From assembly GCF_000315625.1 (NCBI RefSeq), contig NW_005434672.1, positions 364,006 to 428,005 on the forward strand: DNA of 64,000 bases. The letters run 5' to 3'. How positions within the stretch are numbered: the first letter of the stretch is position 1; each line of letters opens with the position of its first letter. Below the pieces are notes generated by a model that was given only the letters and a program-made list of their open reading frames with translations, made no database searches and was not told where the DNA came from. Below are positions 49,401 to 61,356 of the stretch, in pieces. Origin of the DNA: Guillardia theta CCMP2712 (lineage: Eukaryota > Protista > Cryptophyta). Made by a program: the position numbers and the translations under genes.

Positions 49401-51595
49401 ATGGACCTGCTGCAATCCAAGGACGAGGAGGACGTGAACTTCGAGTCGCTGTTTGGCTCTCTCGAGAAGTATATCTCGGTCGAGGCGGTGGACGGCACCG
49501 TCAAACAGTACTATGACGACATGATCTACATGCTGAAGATTTTCCCAATGCAGTGCCTGTATCTCTCGTGCTGCTTCCACAAGGCGCTCACGCAGGCCTA
49601 CATCTTCAGGAGGCAACTCTTGAGGCAGGAGCTGTCGAACTCTCGCAAGTTCTATGGTAACATCAAGTGCTGGGTCATCGAAGTGAGGAACCTGGAGTAC
49701 AAGAGGCTGGAGACCTCAGACTTTGATCAGAACCAGATCCCATGCCTTGTCGCCAGGCTCTCGATCGAGGGACTCTCAAGGTCGACGACCAAGTTCACTC
49801 CCATCCGCAGCTTCGACGACACGCTAGAGCCCGCAAGGATCAACCAGGACTTTGAGTTCTTCGTGAAGCGGCCGACGTCTCTCATCTATGTGGACCTCCT
49901 GTACCTCAACGAGGCAGCAGAGGAGGGGAGCCTGGAGCGAGAGCAGCTGTTCGGGCATGCTGCCATCCCCATCCGACGGTTCGAGAGCCAGAAGAACGTG
50001 CGGGAGTGGTTCAAGCTGGTGAGGAACGATGGGACGATCGGAGAGGTGAAGCTGAGGATCCAGTATTCGTTCAAGGAGGAGAGCATGAGCATCTGGGATG
50101 CAGAGCGAGGAATCCCTCGGTCTGTGGAGAGCGGAGGCCCTCACTTCACCCTGGGGATGATAGGGGTGGGGCAAATCGGAACCAAGATCCTCGAGTCCCT
50201 ACTGCGCTGCGAGAGCTTCGACGGCGGGAACGTGATCGTGTCCACCCGGCGACCCCAGAAGCTGAGCGCCTACGAGAAGCTCGGGGTCACCGCCATGCTG
50301 GACAACTCGGCGGTGGCGAGCAGAGCCGACCTTGTCATCGTCTGCTGCCCCCCGTCGAGCCTGAATGCTGTAGCGAGGGACGTGCGGGGGAGGCTGAAGA
50401 GCACAACCCTTGTGCTCTCCTGTGTTGCTGGAGTTGCGTCGGAAAGGCTGGCGGGCTTGTTCGGGATCTCTCCTCGAAACGTCTTCCGTCCCTCCATAGA
50501 TGTCAAGGTGGGAGGAGGAGGAGCTTGTACCAGCGGTGTAACACCGTGGCAGGAGGGATTGAAGGAGGGGTCAGGGGAGTTAGTCAAGGGTGCTTTCATT
50601 CATATGGTGCCTAACAGGCAAGCGCCGCTCTGGTGGCTCCCTGCTGAACTCACGTGAGAGGACAGGGAGGCATGGGAGCTGCTATACAACGTGTTCGTGT
50701 CTGTCATCAGCAACGTCGGCATCCCTGAGCGCATCGCCAACAATGTCCTGCCCGACGACTTGGGGTATCAGGATCTGACCATCCGCTGTGTCAGATCGTC
50801 TCGAAGTCCCTCGAGGGCATGCTGGAAGAGCTGTGCATCCGCGGCGAGCACGTCCCTCTATCCCACCTGGAGGAGGGCGCCGCTGTCAACGTAAGCCAGA
50901 GGATGAAAGTTCATGCCCTCTGCATCGCTCATCCTCTCCCCGCTCGCAACAGGTGTTGCCGGGACCCAACGACGTGGACGTTAGGAGGGGGACGGTGAGA
51001 ACTTTGAGCTCGACCTCGAGCATCGTGACGAGCGTGCGATGCAGGTGCTGTCAAGGATCCCCGATGAGCGAGACGAATACATCGTGTCGGTACAGGTTGT
51101 CAACGGAAACCTCCCTCCTGCTCATTGCCCTGGCTCCTGCTCCTGCTCTCTGCTCTCTAAACCTGCTATCAACCCCTTCTACCCCCTCCTCAACTCTTGT
51201 CGTCATTTTCTCCTGCAGGACAAGGAAGTTCGAGTGCGGAGGAACCGCGTTGAGCGGGTAAGAAGTGCGAGCGGGCGGGATGATCCTGATGCCCTCAGCA
51301 GGTATCGAAGGATGGGACAACCATCGAGGAGGAGGAGGAAGGCTTCCTTGTCATGACGGTGATCCTCGCCTTTAGACCCAGTCGCGGCTCAATCCGATTC
51401 CGCAGGAGGCGGTCAAGGGTTTCGATGACTCGAAGGAGAAGATGATGAAGTATTTCGAGAGCGTATGCCATGCTCCCTCCTCACTTGCATGATGTTCACG
51501 TGTCTCTGAAGGTTGCCGAACGATCAACAACTGGGTTGGAAAGAGTCGGAGGTGAGAAACGTTGGACAGTGCGACCCGGTCTTGGGTGTTCCTGA
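49401..51595 (+). CDS. NOXRED1-like NADP oxidoreductase (P5CR-type Rossmann fold) with inserted C2 domain
   Basis: C2-like NIKCWVIEVRNL...INQDFEF...FGHAAIPI...WFKL...GEVKLRIQY, then LGMIGVGQIG, VSTRRP, ADLVIVCCPPS, VFRP. The 3' exons are approximate. Confidence 0.8.
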
Positions 51596-51911
51596 GACTT
51601 CTGCGTTGATCAGGCAAGAAGAGTGTGACCATCGCGTCAAGTGCAAAACAGTAGAAAGCAGACACATTGCACAATCAATTGAAATCGCATTCCTGCTCCT
51701 CTCCCCTGTTGACAAACTAGGCCCTGATAGCACAGCACTGCTCCTTCACACACCCTCCATGGCCAAACGAGAGCGGCATCTAAGTTCATGATGGGGCTGT
51801 ATTAAAACTACATAGATCAATCATCAAGAAAGCCCGGCATCATTGCAAACTCAAACAGCGTCAAAGAAACCATCAGGGGCTGAGCACGCCTACCGTTCCA
51901 TCCAGAGTGCT

Positions 51912-52088
51912 TCACTTGCCAAATGACTTGCTCCTTGCCGCCCATGGCTCAACATCCTGCTGCAGTCGGTTGCGGACAGCAAAGGCAGCACCGAGACCGA
52001 GAGTGAGAGCGATAGCGATCTCACGCGCCACCATAGCGCCGCCACCAGCGACTGCATGAGAGGAGAGGAAACGTTTAGCCGGCGCCAT
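51912..52088 (-). CDS. Small single-TM protein, cytochrome c oxidase subunit 5C/6C-like
   Basis: 58 aa; VAREIAIALTLGLGAAF resembles the plant COX5C segment VVKE...LTLGLAAG as recalled. A GGGGTA array lies immediately upstream. Confidence 0.55.
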   Translation of the reverse strand: MAPAKRFLSSHAVAGGGAMVAREIAIALTLGLGAAFAVRNRLQQDVEPWAARSKSFGK

Positions 52089-52948
52089 TGCGAACACAAA
52101 TTGGGGGTAGTATAGGATGGAATGGGGGTAGTCGGATTGAATGGTGCAATTTAAATCTTCAAAGTACCAGGTGGTTTTGCTTATTCAGACGGGTACCCAC
52201 TGGAGTTGGGCTAATTTCCGAGGGGTGGGTAGTGACCCCAATTGTGAGGGTTATATCGAATGCATGGTGGGTGGTTTAGCAGGTAGTGGTGTTTATCATC
52301 ATAGGGTAGGGGTACTCAACAATTGGTCAACACCCCATATCTGACATCACATTCAATGATACTATAACCGGTGGGTAATAGAAGTAGGGGGTAGGGGTAC
52401 ATTCTTAGTACATGCGACCCTTTGTCAAAGTAAGGTTCGAAAATGTTTGATTGTTTTTGAAATTTCATACTTAAGTTTCAATTGTACATAGAATATATGC
52501 TGTGCAGCGGGAGAAATGAGCGCGCAACGAAAGGAATTCTATGACCACCCTTTGGTGGAAGCATTACGATACGTTTCAGTACAAGTACCCGTACAAATTG
52601 CATCAGATAGAGGGGATCTGATTGACTTGGGGGCCTGTAGGGGAGGGTGGGGTGAAAAGTTTCAAAATTCCATCGCGTGGATAAAAACTTTGAAGTAAAT
52701 TTCACACGTAAAGTTTCGACCCAAACTTTCGCCACAAACATTCTTCTGCATACGAAAATGCCGTTGCAAGGGAACTGGGCGCGTGGGATGCAGGGGAGCG
52801 ATGGCATGCAGGGAACAACCTTCTGATTGATAGCGTTACAAGAGAGTATGGTAAACTTCTCGCCGCAAGTCTCTTCATATCGCGCTGGACTTGAAGGAAA
52901 TTTTTGAACGTAGGCTTCGTCTACAGAGCCAGCTCTTGCTCCGCTGTG

Positions 52949-54883
52949 ATGGTTCTTCTTCCTGTCGACAGCCCATCCTCCGATAGCCTTACACTACCAG
53001 GGCATTCGCCAATTGTCGCGAGCAAGGACATGCAGAGCAGCCCGTGCGGCCCTCTGCCACAGGAACAACTCGTGGAGGAGTTCAATTCATCGGACACGAG
53101 CGAAGTAGTCGAGGCAGCGGAGGAGGCGGATGTTGTGAACGATTCAAGATCGTCCGACTTGGCGTCTCTCTCATGGCAGGAGCCGAGCTCTCCGTGGACC
53201 GTCGAGGTGTCCAAGCAGAACTTCGACATCCTCCACATGAAACTGGAGAGGGCGATCTTTGAGTCAGAGAGGAGTCTGCAGAAGGCAGAGATCGCGCAGA
53301 ACCAGCTCAAGGTGAAGAACAGGACGATCAGCCGGCTCGAGGAGAAGATGGAGCACATGCAGCACAGGCTGAGTCACATGGCGCAGCTGGAGATCGAGAT
53401 CAAGGGGCTGAACCTGAAGCTGATGAATGAGGAGGACGGGAGACGAACCTTCTTCAGGGAGGCGGAGGAGCTCCGGCAGGCGAACGTGTTGTTGGAGGCG
53501 AAGCTGGAGGAGGCCAGAGAATGTCTGGAGGATGCTCTACAGGTCCATGGCAGCAGGGGAGCGAGGAGATTCTGACGGGTGTCGATAGGATCGGATTCTT
53601 GCTAGCTTCAAGCTCAAGAAGGTTGAGAAACAGCTGAATTACGACTGCAACTGTGATGTGAGCAAGACAAGGAAGAGCGAGGACGAGGGTTTCTCTGTGA
53701 TCCTGATTGCCCAGGGCAAACTCCGATTGAAATATGAAAGGGTGAGACGTCAGCTGGACAGCTTGTTGTCAAGGTAGTGGAAGCAGCACAAGAGCGCGTG
53801 CAGCATTCTGATCGCCCCGTGCAGGGACTTGATGAGAGGATGCTTTCATGCGCTGCAGCACGAGCTGGCGAGAGCCTGCCAGCACCGACAGAGAGCCATA
53901 GCGTGAGTCGGGAGGGGTAGCTGCGCGGGACTGATATGTAGCGCACGGCAGCAGCGGAGGCAGGCTGCAGCGGAGGAGTTTGACCTGCATCCTTGCGGGC
54001 TGGACGGAGTATGTGCTGATGCGGAGGAAGAAGAAGGCCTGGTGACTGACCCGCTCCTTGCCCCTCTATCTCCTCGGGGAGGCTGACGATCGTGGTGCTG
54101 GGCAGCCGCGAAGTTGTCGAGAGGTCGGTGAAGTCTGAGCGAGCCCATCTGTGCTTGTGGGCCCTATGGCTCGTCAGGGGGCAGTCTCTCGATCAGAACT
54201 TCAGGTTCTTGAGCCCTCTGCCTCCCCTCACTTCTTCTCCTCCAGCTCCTTCTCATCTCGAGCCCTGCGCCGCCTTCTTCCCCTTTCCTGCGGCACTCCC
54301 CCCCTTCGACACCTCCTCCTCCTCCTCCTCTACTTCCCCCGCCACATCTAGTTACCCCCTCCCTCTCCTTCCTACCTTGGCACTTTTCTCCTGCCCGCCT
54401 CTCACGCTGGTCATGCTAGTGCGATGCTTCACTCGCGGACTTCTCGCCGGTGAGTTTGATATGCACTTCCTCCCCCCTCGCTTGCTGACGAGGAACAGAG
54501 ACCTGCAGGCCAAGAGAGCCGCTCTGAGCGTCTGGTCTTCATGCACAAGAACAGGATACGAGGTTGTTAAGAAGTTGCTTCTGGGAGCTAGATGGGTGGA
54601 TAGATTATTGCTTCTTTATGTTATCTTGTCTTGAAATATCATCGTGTGTCGTGCAGAGTTAAATGCTGTGCTAAGTGCTGTGTGGTGTGGTGTGCACGAC
54701 GTGAGAAACAAGTGATTTCAAGTTTGATGGATTCCTGGCAGGTGGCGAAGGCTGTCAAACATCTTTCACTCCATCACGAGATCACACTGCGCACAAGGCA
54801 GACGAGGTGAACGGAGGAAGAGGAACAGAGTGAACAGAAATATCGAGGACGGAGACGAGGACGAGGACGAGGTTGAGTTCTAG
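52949..54883 (+). CDS. Coiled-coil hypothetical protein, multi-exon
   Basis: Long heptad exon (KLERAIFESERSLQKAE...), followed by short exons. The 3' structure is uncertain. Confidence 0.5.
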
Positions 54884-55633
54884 AATTGAATGACTTTTGT
54901 TATGTTACAGATCCCATTTCTTCTACCTATGGAGGTTCACTTTACAGCTCGACAGGTAAGAGCTTGACATGCTTGTGCTCGTGCCATGACGAGGATGAAA
55001 CAGGAGGTTGCAAGCAGAGTGTGAGCACGTGAGGAGAAGGAGGGAGAGGCGAACCCTGCTGGTGCGCTTGCATCCAGTCCCCTTCTTGCTCGGTCCCTGA
55101 CGCTGTTGAAGGAAAACTTGGAGGGATGGAGGGAAACGGCGGCAGGAGGGAGCGAGATTGGAGAAGAGGTGGTCAGCGAAGGAAGAAGACAATCAGGAGC
55201 AGGAGCAGGTGCAGGAGGTAGGACGCAGGGAGCAGGAGCAAGGGGCAATGGCGGCGGAGGGGCATTGCCCCTCATTAAAGTCCTGGCGATCCTGCCAGTT
55301 CTGGTTGCCTTACTGATGTACTTTAGGAGAAGGTGGTGGAAGCAGGTGATGCTGACGATGATGCACATGTTGCTGATGGCTGACTTCCCTTGCAAGATGA
55401 AGGAAGTCATGATGACAGCGGGAAAGCAGAAGTTGTTGAGATGTCTGAGGTGATGGCTGATGAGGTGCAGGTCTCAATTTCGTTGTTTTTTGTTGATGAA
55501 TAAACCTTTAACAGACATGAAGGACATGATTTTGTTACGATCTCAGCTCCGGCCAGGCCTTGATCCTGCGACACAGAGAATTGAAGGGAGGGAGGGAGGA
55601 GGAGGAGGAGGAGGAGGAGGAGGAGGAGGAGGA

Positions 55634-56533
55634 NNNNNNNNNNNNNNNNNNNNNNNNNNNNNNNNNNNNNNNNNNNNNNNNNNNNNNNNNNNNNNNNNNN
55701 NNNNNNNNNNNNNNNNNNNNNNNNNNNNNNNNNNNNNNNNNNNNNNNNNNNNNNNNNNNNNNNNNNNNNNNNNNNNNNNNNNNNNNNNNNNNNNNNNNNN
55801 NNNNNNNNNNNNNNNNNNNNNNNNNNNNNNNNNNNNNNNNNNNNNNNNNNNNNNNNNNNNNNNNNNNNNNNNNNNNNNNNNNNNNNNNNNNNNNNNNNNN
55901 NNNNNNNNNNNNNNNNNNNNNNNNNNNNNNNNNNNNNNNNNNNNNNNNNNNNNNNNNNNNNNNNNNNNNNNNNNNNNNNNNNNNNNNNNNNNNNNNNNNN
56001 NNNNNNNNNNNNNNNNNNNNNNNNNNNNNNNNNNNNNNNNNNNNNNNNNNNNNNNNNNNNNNNNNNNNNNNNNNNNNNNNNNNNNNNNNNNNNNNNNNNN
56101 NNNNNNNNNNNNNNNNNNNNNNNNNNNNNNNNNNNNNNNNNNNNNNNNNNNNNNNNNNNNNNNNNNNNNNNNNNNNNNNNNNNNNNNNNNNNNNNNNNNN
56201 NNNNNNNNNNNNNNNNNNNNNNNNNNNNNNNNNNNNNNNNNNNNNNNNNNNNNNNNNNNNNNNNNNNNNNNNNNNNNNNNNNNNNNNNNNNNNNNNNNNN
56301 NNNNNNNNNNNNNNNNNNNNNNNNNNNNNNNNNNNNNNNNNNNNNNNNNNNNNNNNNNNNNNNNNNNNNNNNNNNNNNNNNNNNNNNNNNNNNNNNNNNN
56401 NNNNNNNNNNNNNNNNNNNNNNNNNNNNNNNNNNNNNNNNNNNNNNNNNNNNNNNNNNNNNNNNNNNNNNNNNNNNNNNNNNNNNNNNNNNNNNNNNNNN
56501 NNNNNNNNNNNNNNNNNNNNNNNNNNNNNNNNN
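55634..56533. other. Assembly gap (others at 15497-15596, 41873-41972, 43749-43848, 58129-58268)
   Basis: Runs of N. Confidence 1.
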
Positions 56534-56534
56534 G

Positions 56535-59128
56535 CATAAGGAGACTTCACCTCAACCAACTCTTCTGTGATCACTTCCCTGACAAGAAAAAAAGTCAACC
56601 AGGGGTCAAGTGATGACAACGCTGATGGAGGAGGAGAACACAGAGAGAGAATCGAGGATGGCAGAGCAGAGGAACAAAGTACAAGGGGAGAAGAAAATCC
56701 AGCAGGAGCAGGAGAGGAGCAGGAGCAGGGGCTGGAGGAGCTGGGGCCGGGGCGGGAGCAGGAGAAGAAGGAGCAGGAGGAGCAGGAGTAGCAATGTGGA
56801 GAATGAAGAGAAATGAGCAGAACGAAAAGAAAGGAGGAGGCAAGAGCGTGACAGTGAATGTGGATAGATTGATGGAGATGAAAGAAACAGCAGCAGGAAT
56901 GGAGTGGCGGAAAAGGAAGAAGACAAAGAAGACGAGGAGGGAGGAGGGAGGAGGGAGGAGGGAGGAGGGAGGAGGGAGCAACAGGATGGCCTGTGGTGGT
57001 TGGATACCAGAAGGGTATGTCTCCCAATTTCCTGATTGACAGAAAGTCGACCAAGTTCGCAATCCCACAGGTGATACTGGAAAACGTAGAGTCTCTGAGC
57101 AACATCAACCTCTCCCCCTCTCCCCTCCTACCTATCCTACCACTCCTTGCTCCTGCTCCCTCCCTCTCCTTCTCCTCGTCCTACCTGTCTTCCTTCCAAG
57201 TTCCTTCTCCCTCTATCGTCCCCTTTCCCTCCTACCTCTCTTCTCCCCCACTGTCCTTTGACATTCCTCAATCTTTCCCTCGATCATTTCTTGCTCCTTT
57301 AACTCGAACCCTCCTCCTCCTGTCCCCATTCCTCCCCTCCTCGAGATTTTTCGTCAGCTCCTCCCCCTCCTCTCACCTGTGGAAAGTGTGAACACGGATA
57401 GAAGCGGGGAGAGAGCGAATGCGGTCAAGGTCGTTGAAACCCTGAGACTCTTTCCACCTGCACAACGAGGATGAGCATGAGGTAGGAAGGGAAAGAGTGG
57501 AATGACAGGGTTAGGAAGACAGTGTTGAGGTGAGAGGCAGGGGAGGCAAGCTCAGGGAAGGACACGATAGGAAGGGGGGAAAGAGAAGGGTCGATTGGAG
57601 GAGGAGGAGGAGGAGGAGGAGGAGGAGAAGGTGATGGATATGGAGTTGGGAAAAGGGGAGGGGGAGAGGGCGGGGAAGGATGGGGGAGCAGGAAGAGATA
57701 CTCTCCTGAAGCGAAAGTAATCCTCCACTTCCTCTCTGACGTCTTCTGAGATGTTCCTCCTCGCAAGGTAGTCGATCATGCCGTCTGCCTCCTTCTTGAA
57801 CCTTGAGTTCTGTCCCGTTGATTCCTGTACGCTGAGGATGAGGAGCAATTCTACTGGATGGGGGAAGAGCAAGATGGGCAGGGAGCAGGGAGCAGGGAGC
57901 AGTCTGTACCACGTAGTAGATTCCCAGCCTCAAGAAGAGGAAGAGAAGAGATAGCAGGCCCAAGACCTGCAGTCAGTCACAAGGCAGAGGAGAGGAGAAG
58001 AGAGGAGAGGAGAGGAGAGGAGCGGAGAGGAGAGGAGCGGAGGAGAGGAGAGGAGTGATGGCATTGGGGTAGGGGGGAGGAAGGAGGGAAGAGGGGGAGA
58101 GGAGGTAGCAGATAGGAAGAGGTTGACANNNNNNNNNNNNNNNNNNNNNNNNNNNNNNNNNNNNNNNNNNNNNNNNNNNNNNNNNNNNNNNNNNNNNNNN
58201 NNNNNNNNNNNNNNNNNNNNNNNNNNNNNNNNNNNNNNNNNNNNNNNNNNNNNNNNNNNNNNNNNNNNCCGAGAGAGGGGAGATATCATTCCGACGGTCG
58301 TCATGGTCTGCACGCCCACAGCAGCGCGCACGAGTACTGGACGCTCTGCGAGGAGGCGAGGAGCGCCTGCCTGCAAGGAGAGCAGCGGGTAGTCAGCGCC
58401 CGATCCGCAAGCATACCTTCCCCTCTCTTCCTCGCCGGACGGCAAGCCTACCGGTTGGTGCAGGTGTCTCTGTTGAAGAAGCTCGGGGTGGAGCCCTTGG
58501 CCTCCTCCCTGGCGAACCAAAACCAGATGCAGGCGAGAGAGTGGCAGAGGAGGAGGAAGAGGACCACGGCTGAGAGGCTCTCGACGCGCTTGGAGTGAAT
58601 GACGGTGGCGTGCTGGAAGGTGTGGATCTGCTTGAACGCTCGCAGGGAGCGGAGGCACTTGAGCACCTCGAGGACGCGGATGATGGAGATGCCTGGGTCC
58701 TCCATGATGCCGAGAGGGTCGACGACCTTGAGCAGGAGCTGTGCGGGAAAGATGCTCCAGACGTCAATGAGGAAGGAGCCAGTCAGGTACCGCCAGCTGA
58801 TCCTGGAGAGGTCGAACTCCTGCTTCCACACCCCCTCGCCCGACAGCCACCAGTAGCTCGTGAAGAAGCTGACGATGAAGTCGACGGACAGCATGGAGTC
58901 GGCCATGCACGAGAAGACGATGACCCACGTCGCCAGCGGCCGGACATCGAAAGTCACGGCGTACAGCTCCACCAGGAGGGTGTAGATGGAGGCGACATGC
59001 GCTGCCACTTCGATCAGGATCCTCGAGTGCTGGTCACATGACAGTCTCCACGCGTGCTCTTCTGTCTCTCTGCCCCTCCGCTCCTCCTCCTCCCCCGCGC
59101 TCCTCCGCCGCATTCGCGACAGCATCAT
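56535..59128 (-). CDS. Voltage-gated / cyclic-nucleotide-binding-domain family cation channel (EAG/CNG/AKT-like), partial
   Basis: DFIVSFFTSY, RYLTGSFLIDVWSIFP, S4-like LKCLRSLR, HSLACIWFW, pore QTMTTVG, C-linker MIDYLARRNISEDVREEVEDYFRFRW...LPASIR. Interrupted by two gaps and an apparent 1-nt frameshift; may continue below 55633. Confidence 0.8.
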
Positions 59129-59946
59129 GCTGTCAGTTGACAACCTGCGAGAAGTTCCTGATATTGCACTCAAAGTTCTGCTTTCCCGGAACTTTCGTTC
59201 CTCTAATCATCACTCGTTCCGGAGTCCGATGATGATCGGATCCGACCCGGGGCCGGCCACCATGCCGGCATGTGTTACACCGCGGCACTGCACCGTCTCA
59301 GTCGGCAGTGGGCCGGGTCGGGCGGGCCCGTGGACTCGAGTCGGCCGGCCCGGCCCCGAAGGCTTGAAAGACACTGCCAAGGATAGACTCTGGGGAGCCT
59401 CTGCGGCACCGTGACTGCGGGCGGCGGCATAGCGGCATCATGGCACTTCGGCGGGGCGGCCCAGGCGCCGGGCGGCCGTGGACTGAGGCTGGCCCCGGGC
59501 GGCCGCACCGGGTCGAGTCTGCGATGATGATGCCGCCTCACGGCGAGGCGAGTCAGGGCGGCTCGCCAGGCTCAGCGGCTCCTCAGGCCTTGGGCCGCCG
59601 CCGCCGCCGCCGGCCGGGCACCCGGGCCCCAGGGGCCTCCAGTGCGGTCGACTGGCCCGCATCCCCGCTCTGAACCACATTGTTGAACCCCCTGCTGGTT
59701 TTATACCCCACCACCTCACGATAGACCCCATCATACAACATAACCTGCAATCACAAGGGTGTGTTGCAACTACATACAGTATGGTCTCATAGTTCATATG
59801 TAGACAAAATGTAAAATTGGGTATACTCTTGACCTGTGGCCATTCAAGGACGATCGCACTATAGATCATGTACCCCCACCCTTGATTAAACTACCCCCAT
59901 GACCTGAGTAGGAGGGGAGGGCACGAGGAGCGTCAGAACGGGCGCC

Positions 59947-61356
59947 ATGGGGCGAAAGAGGAAAAAGGAATCGAAGCCATACTGGTAAGGGAGGAGGAGC
60001 AAGAGGACGACTTGCTGCATGCAAGCTCTGACAACTAGAACAAACATCCTCCTCCTAGAACAACCCCCTGTTGCTGTGAGGGCATCGAGGGAAAGACAAC
60101 AGAAGGGCGCGTTTCCGATAGCATGCTGTGTGTTGATGAAACATGCTTGTTTGAGACCTCTGCTGTGCTCTTCTTCCTCCCTCTGTCATCGAGCGATGAA
60201 GCACAGCCTGTTTGTGATGTGGGATGATCCCGAGACGCAGATCAGTTAGACTCTGCTGCTGCCTCGCTGAATCCTTTGAGCTCACATCTAACCCCGTCCT
60301 CTCAGCTGGTACTGTGGACCTGAGCGAACTTTCGATGACGAGACAACGCTAGTGCAGCATCAGGTCTCGTCGCCCTTGGTGTTCCGTCATGTGACTGTGG
60401 TTGTGCAGAGGACGAAACATTTCCAGTGCAACACATGCCACAAGAAACTCAACACGGCAACGGCACTCAAGACGCACTGCCTGTATGTCCACAAGGAAGA
60501 GATCACGCGGGTGCCCAACGCCAAGGAGGGAAGGGATCAGTTCGGCTTCGACGTCGTGGGAATGGACGGGGTCGAAGGTGACTTTGGCCTGCCGCCTCGC
60601 GTGTGGTTTGATTTGAACCTGTAGAGGCTGAAAACCAAGAAATGGACCCGAATAGAGCAGGGGCCGCCCAGCCTCCTCTCCCTCCTGGCGCTCCTCCTCC
60701 TGGTGCTCCACTCCCACCAGGCCCTCCTGGTCCTCCAGGACCCCCTGCCCCCCCAGGAGCGATTCCTGGGCAGCCGTATGCACCCCCGATGGGCCAGTAT
60801 CCCATGGGAGCGCCTCCTGGATGGCCTCCTCAGCCTGGATATCCTCCTCCCGGACAGTACGGACAGCCATACCCTCCTCCGATGGTGAGAGGGGTCTGAG
60901 TATGTGCCAGTGCCTTGACGCCGAGTTTTGTTGCAGAACGGCTACATGGGACACCCTCAGTACCCATACGGAGCTCCGCCTGTTCCCCCTGGGCAGCCCT
61001 ACCCTCCACATCCTCAATATCCTCCTTACCAACAACCCCCCGTGCCCACTCCTCCTCCCGCTCCTGCACCTCCACCTGCACCCTATGCCCAACCTGAAGC
61101 TGCAGCGGCCCAGAGCTCGGCATCCAAGTCAGCAGAAGAGACGCAAACAAATGCGCCAGAAGATGCAGGACAGAGCGAGAGCGCCACTGCTTCTTCAGCG
61201 CCCATAGCCCAAATGAATCTTGTGTACGACGACGAGGATTTCTGCATGGAGGAAAGGAGAGCATCACTGTCAAGGTACAGTTTCGACGAAAACAAGCAAC
61301 AGCGCATAAAAGATCTGGAGGATAATTTGGGTGCTGTTGGTAGTGTCTTGATGTAA
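59947..61356 (+). CDS. ZNF207: BuGZ / ZNF207 (SUF4-like) zinc finger protein
   Basis: MGRKRKKESKPYCW-YC...[25 protein letters not shown]...HCLYVHKE...VPNAKEGR, a Pro-rich middle, and GLEBS-like LVYDDEDFCMEERRASLSRY. Confidence 0.95.

Noticed and set aside
55407-57108. Long ORFs of 336-521 aa
   Set aside because: Artefacts of translating through N runs.
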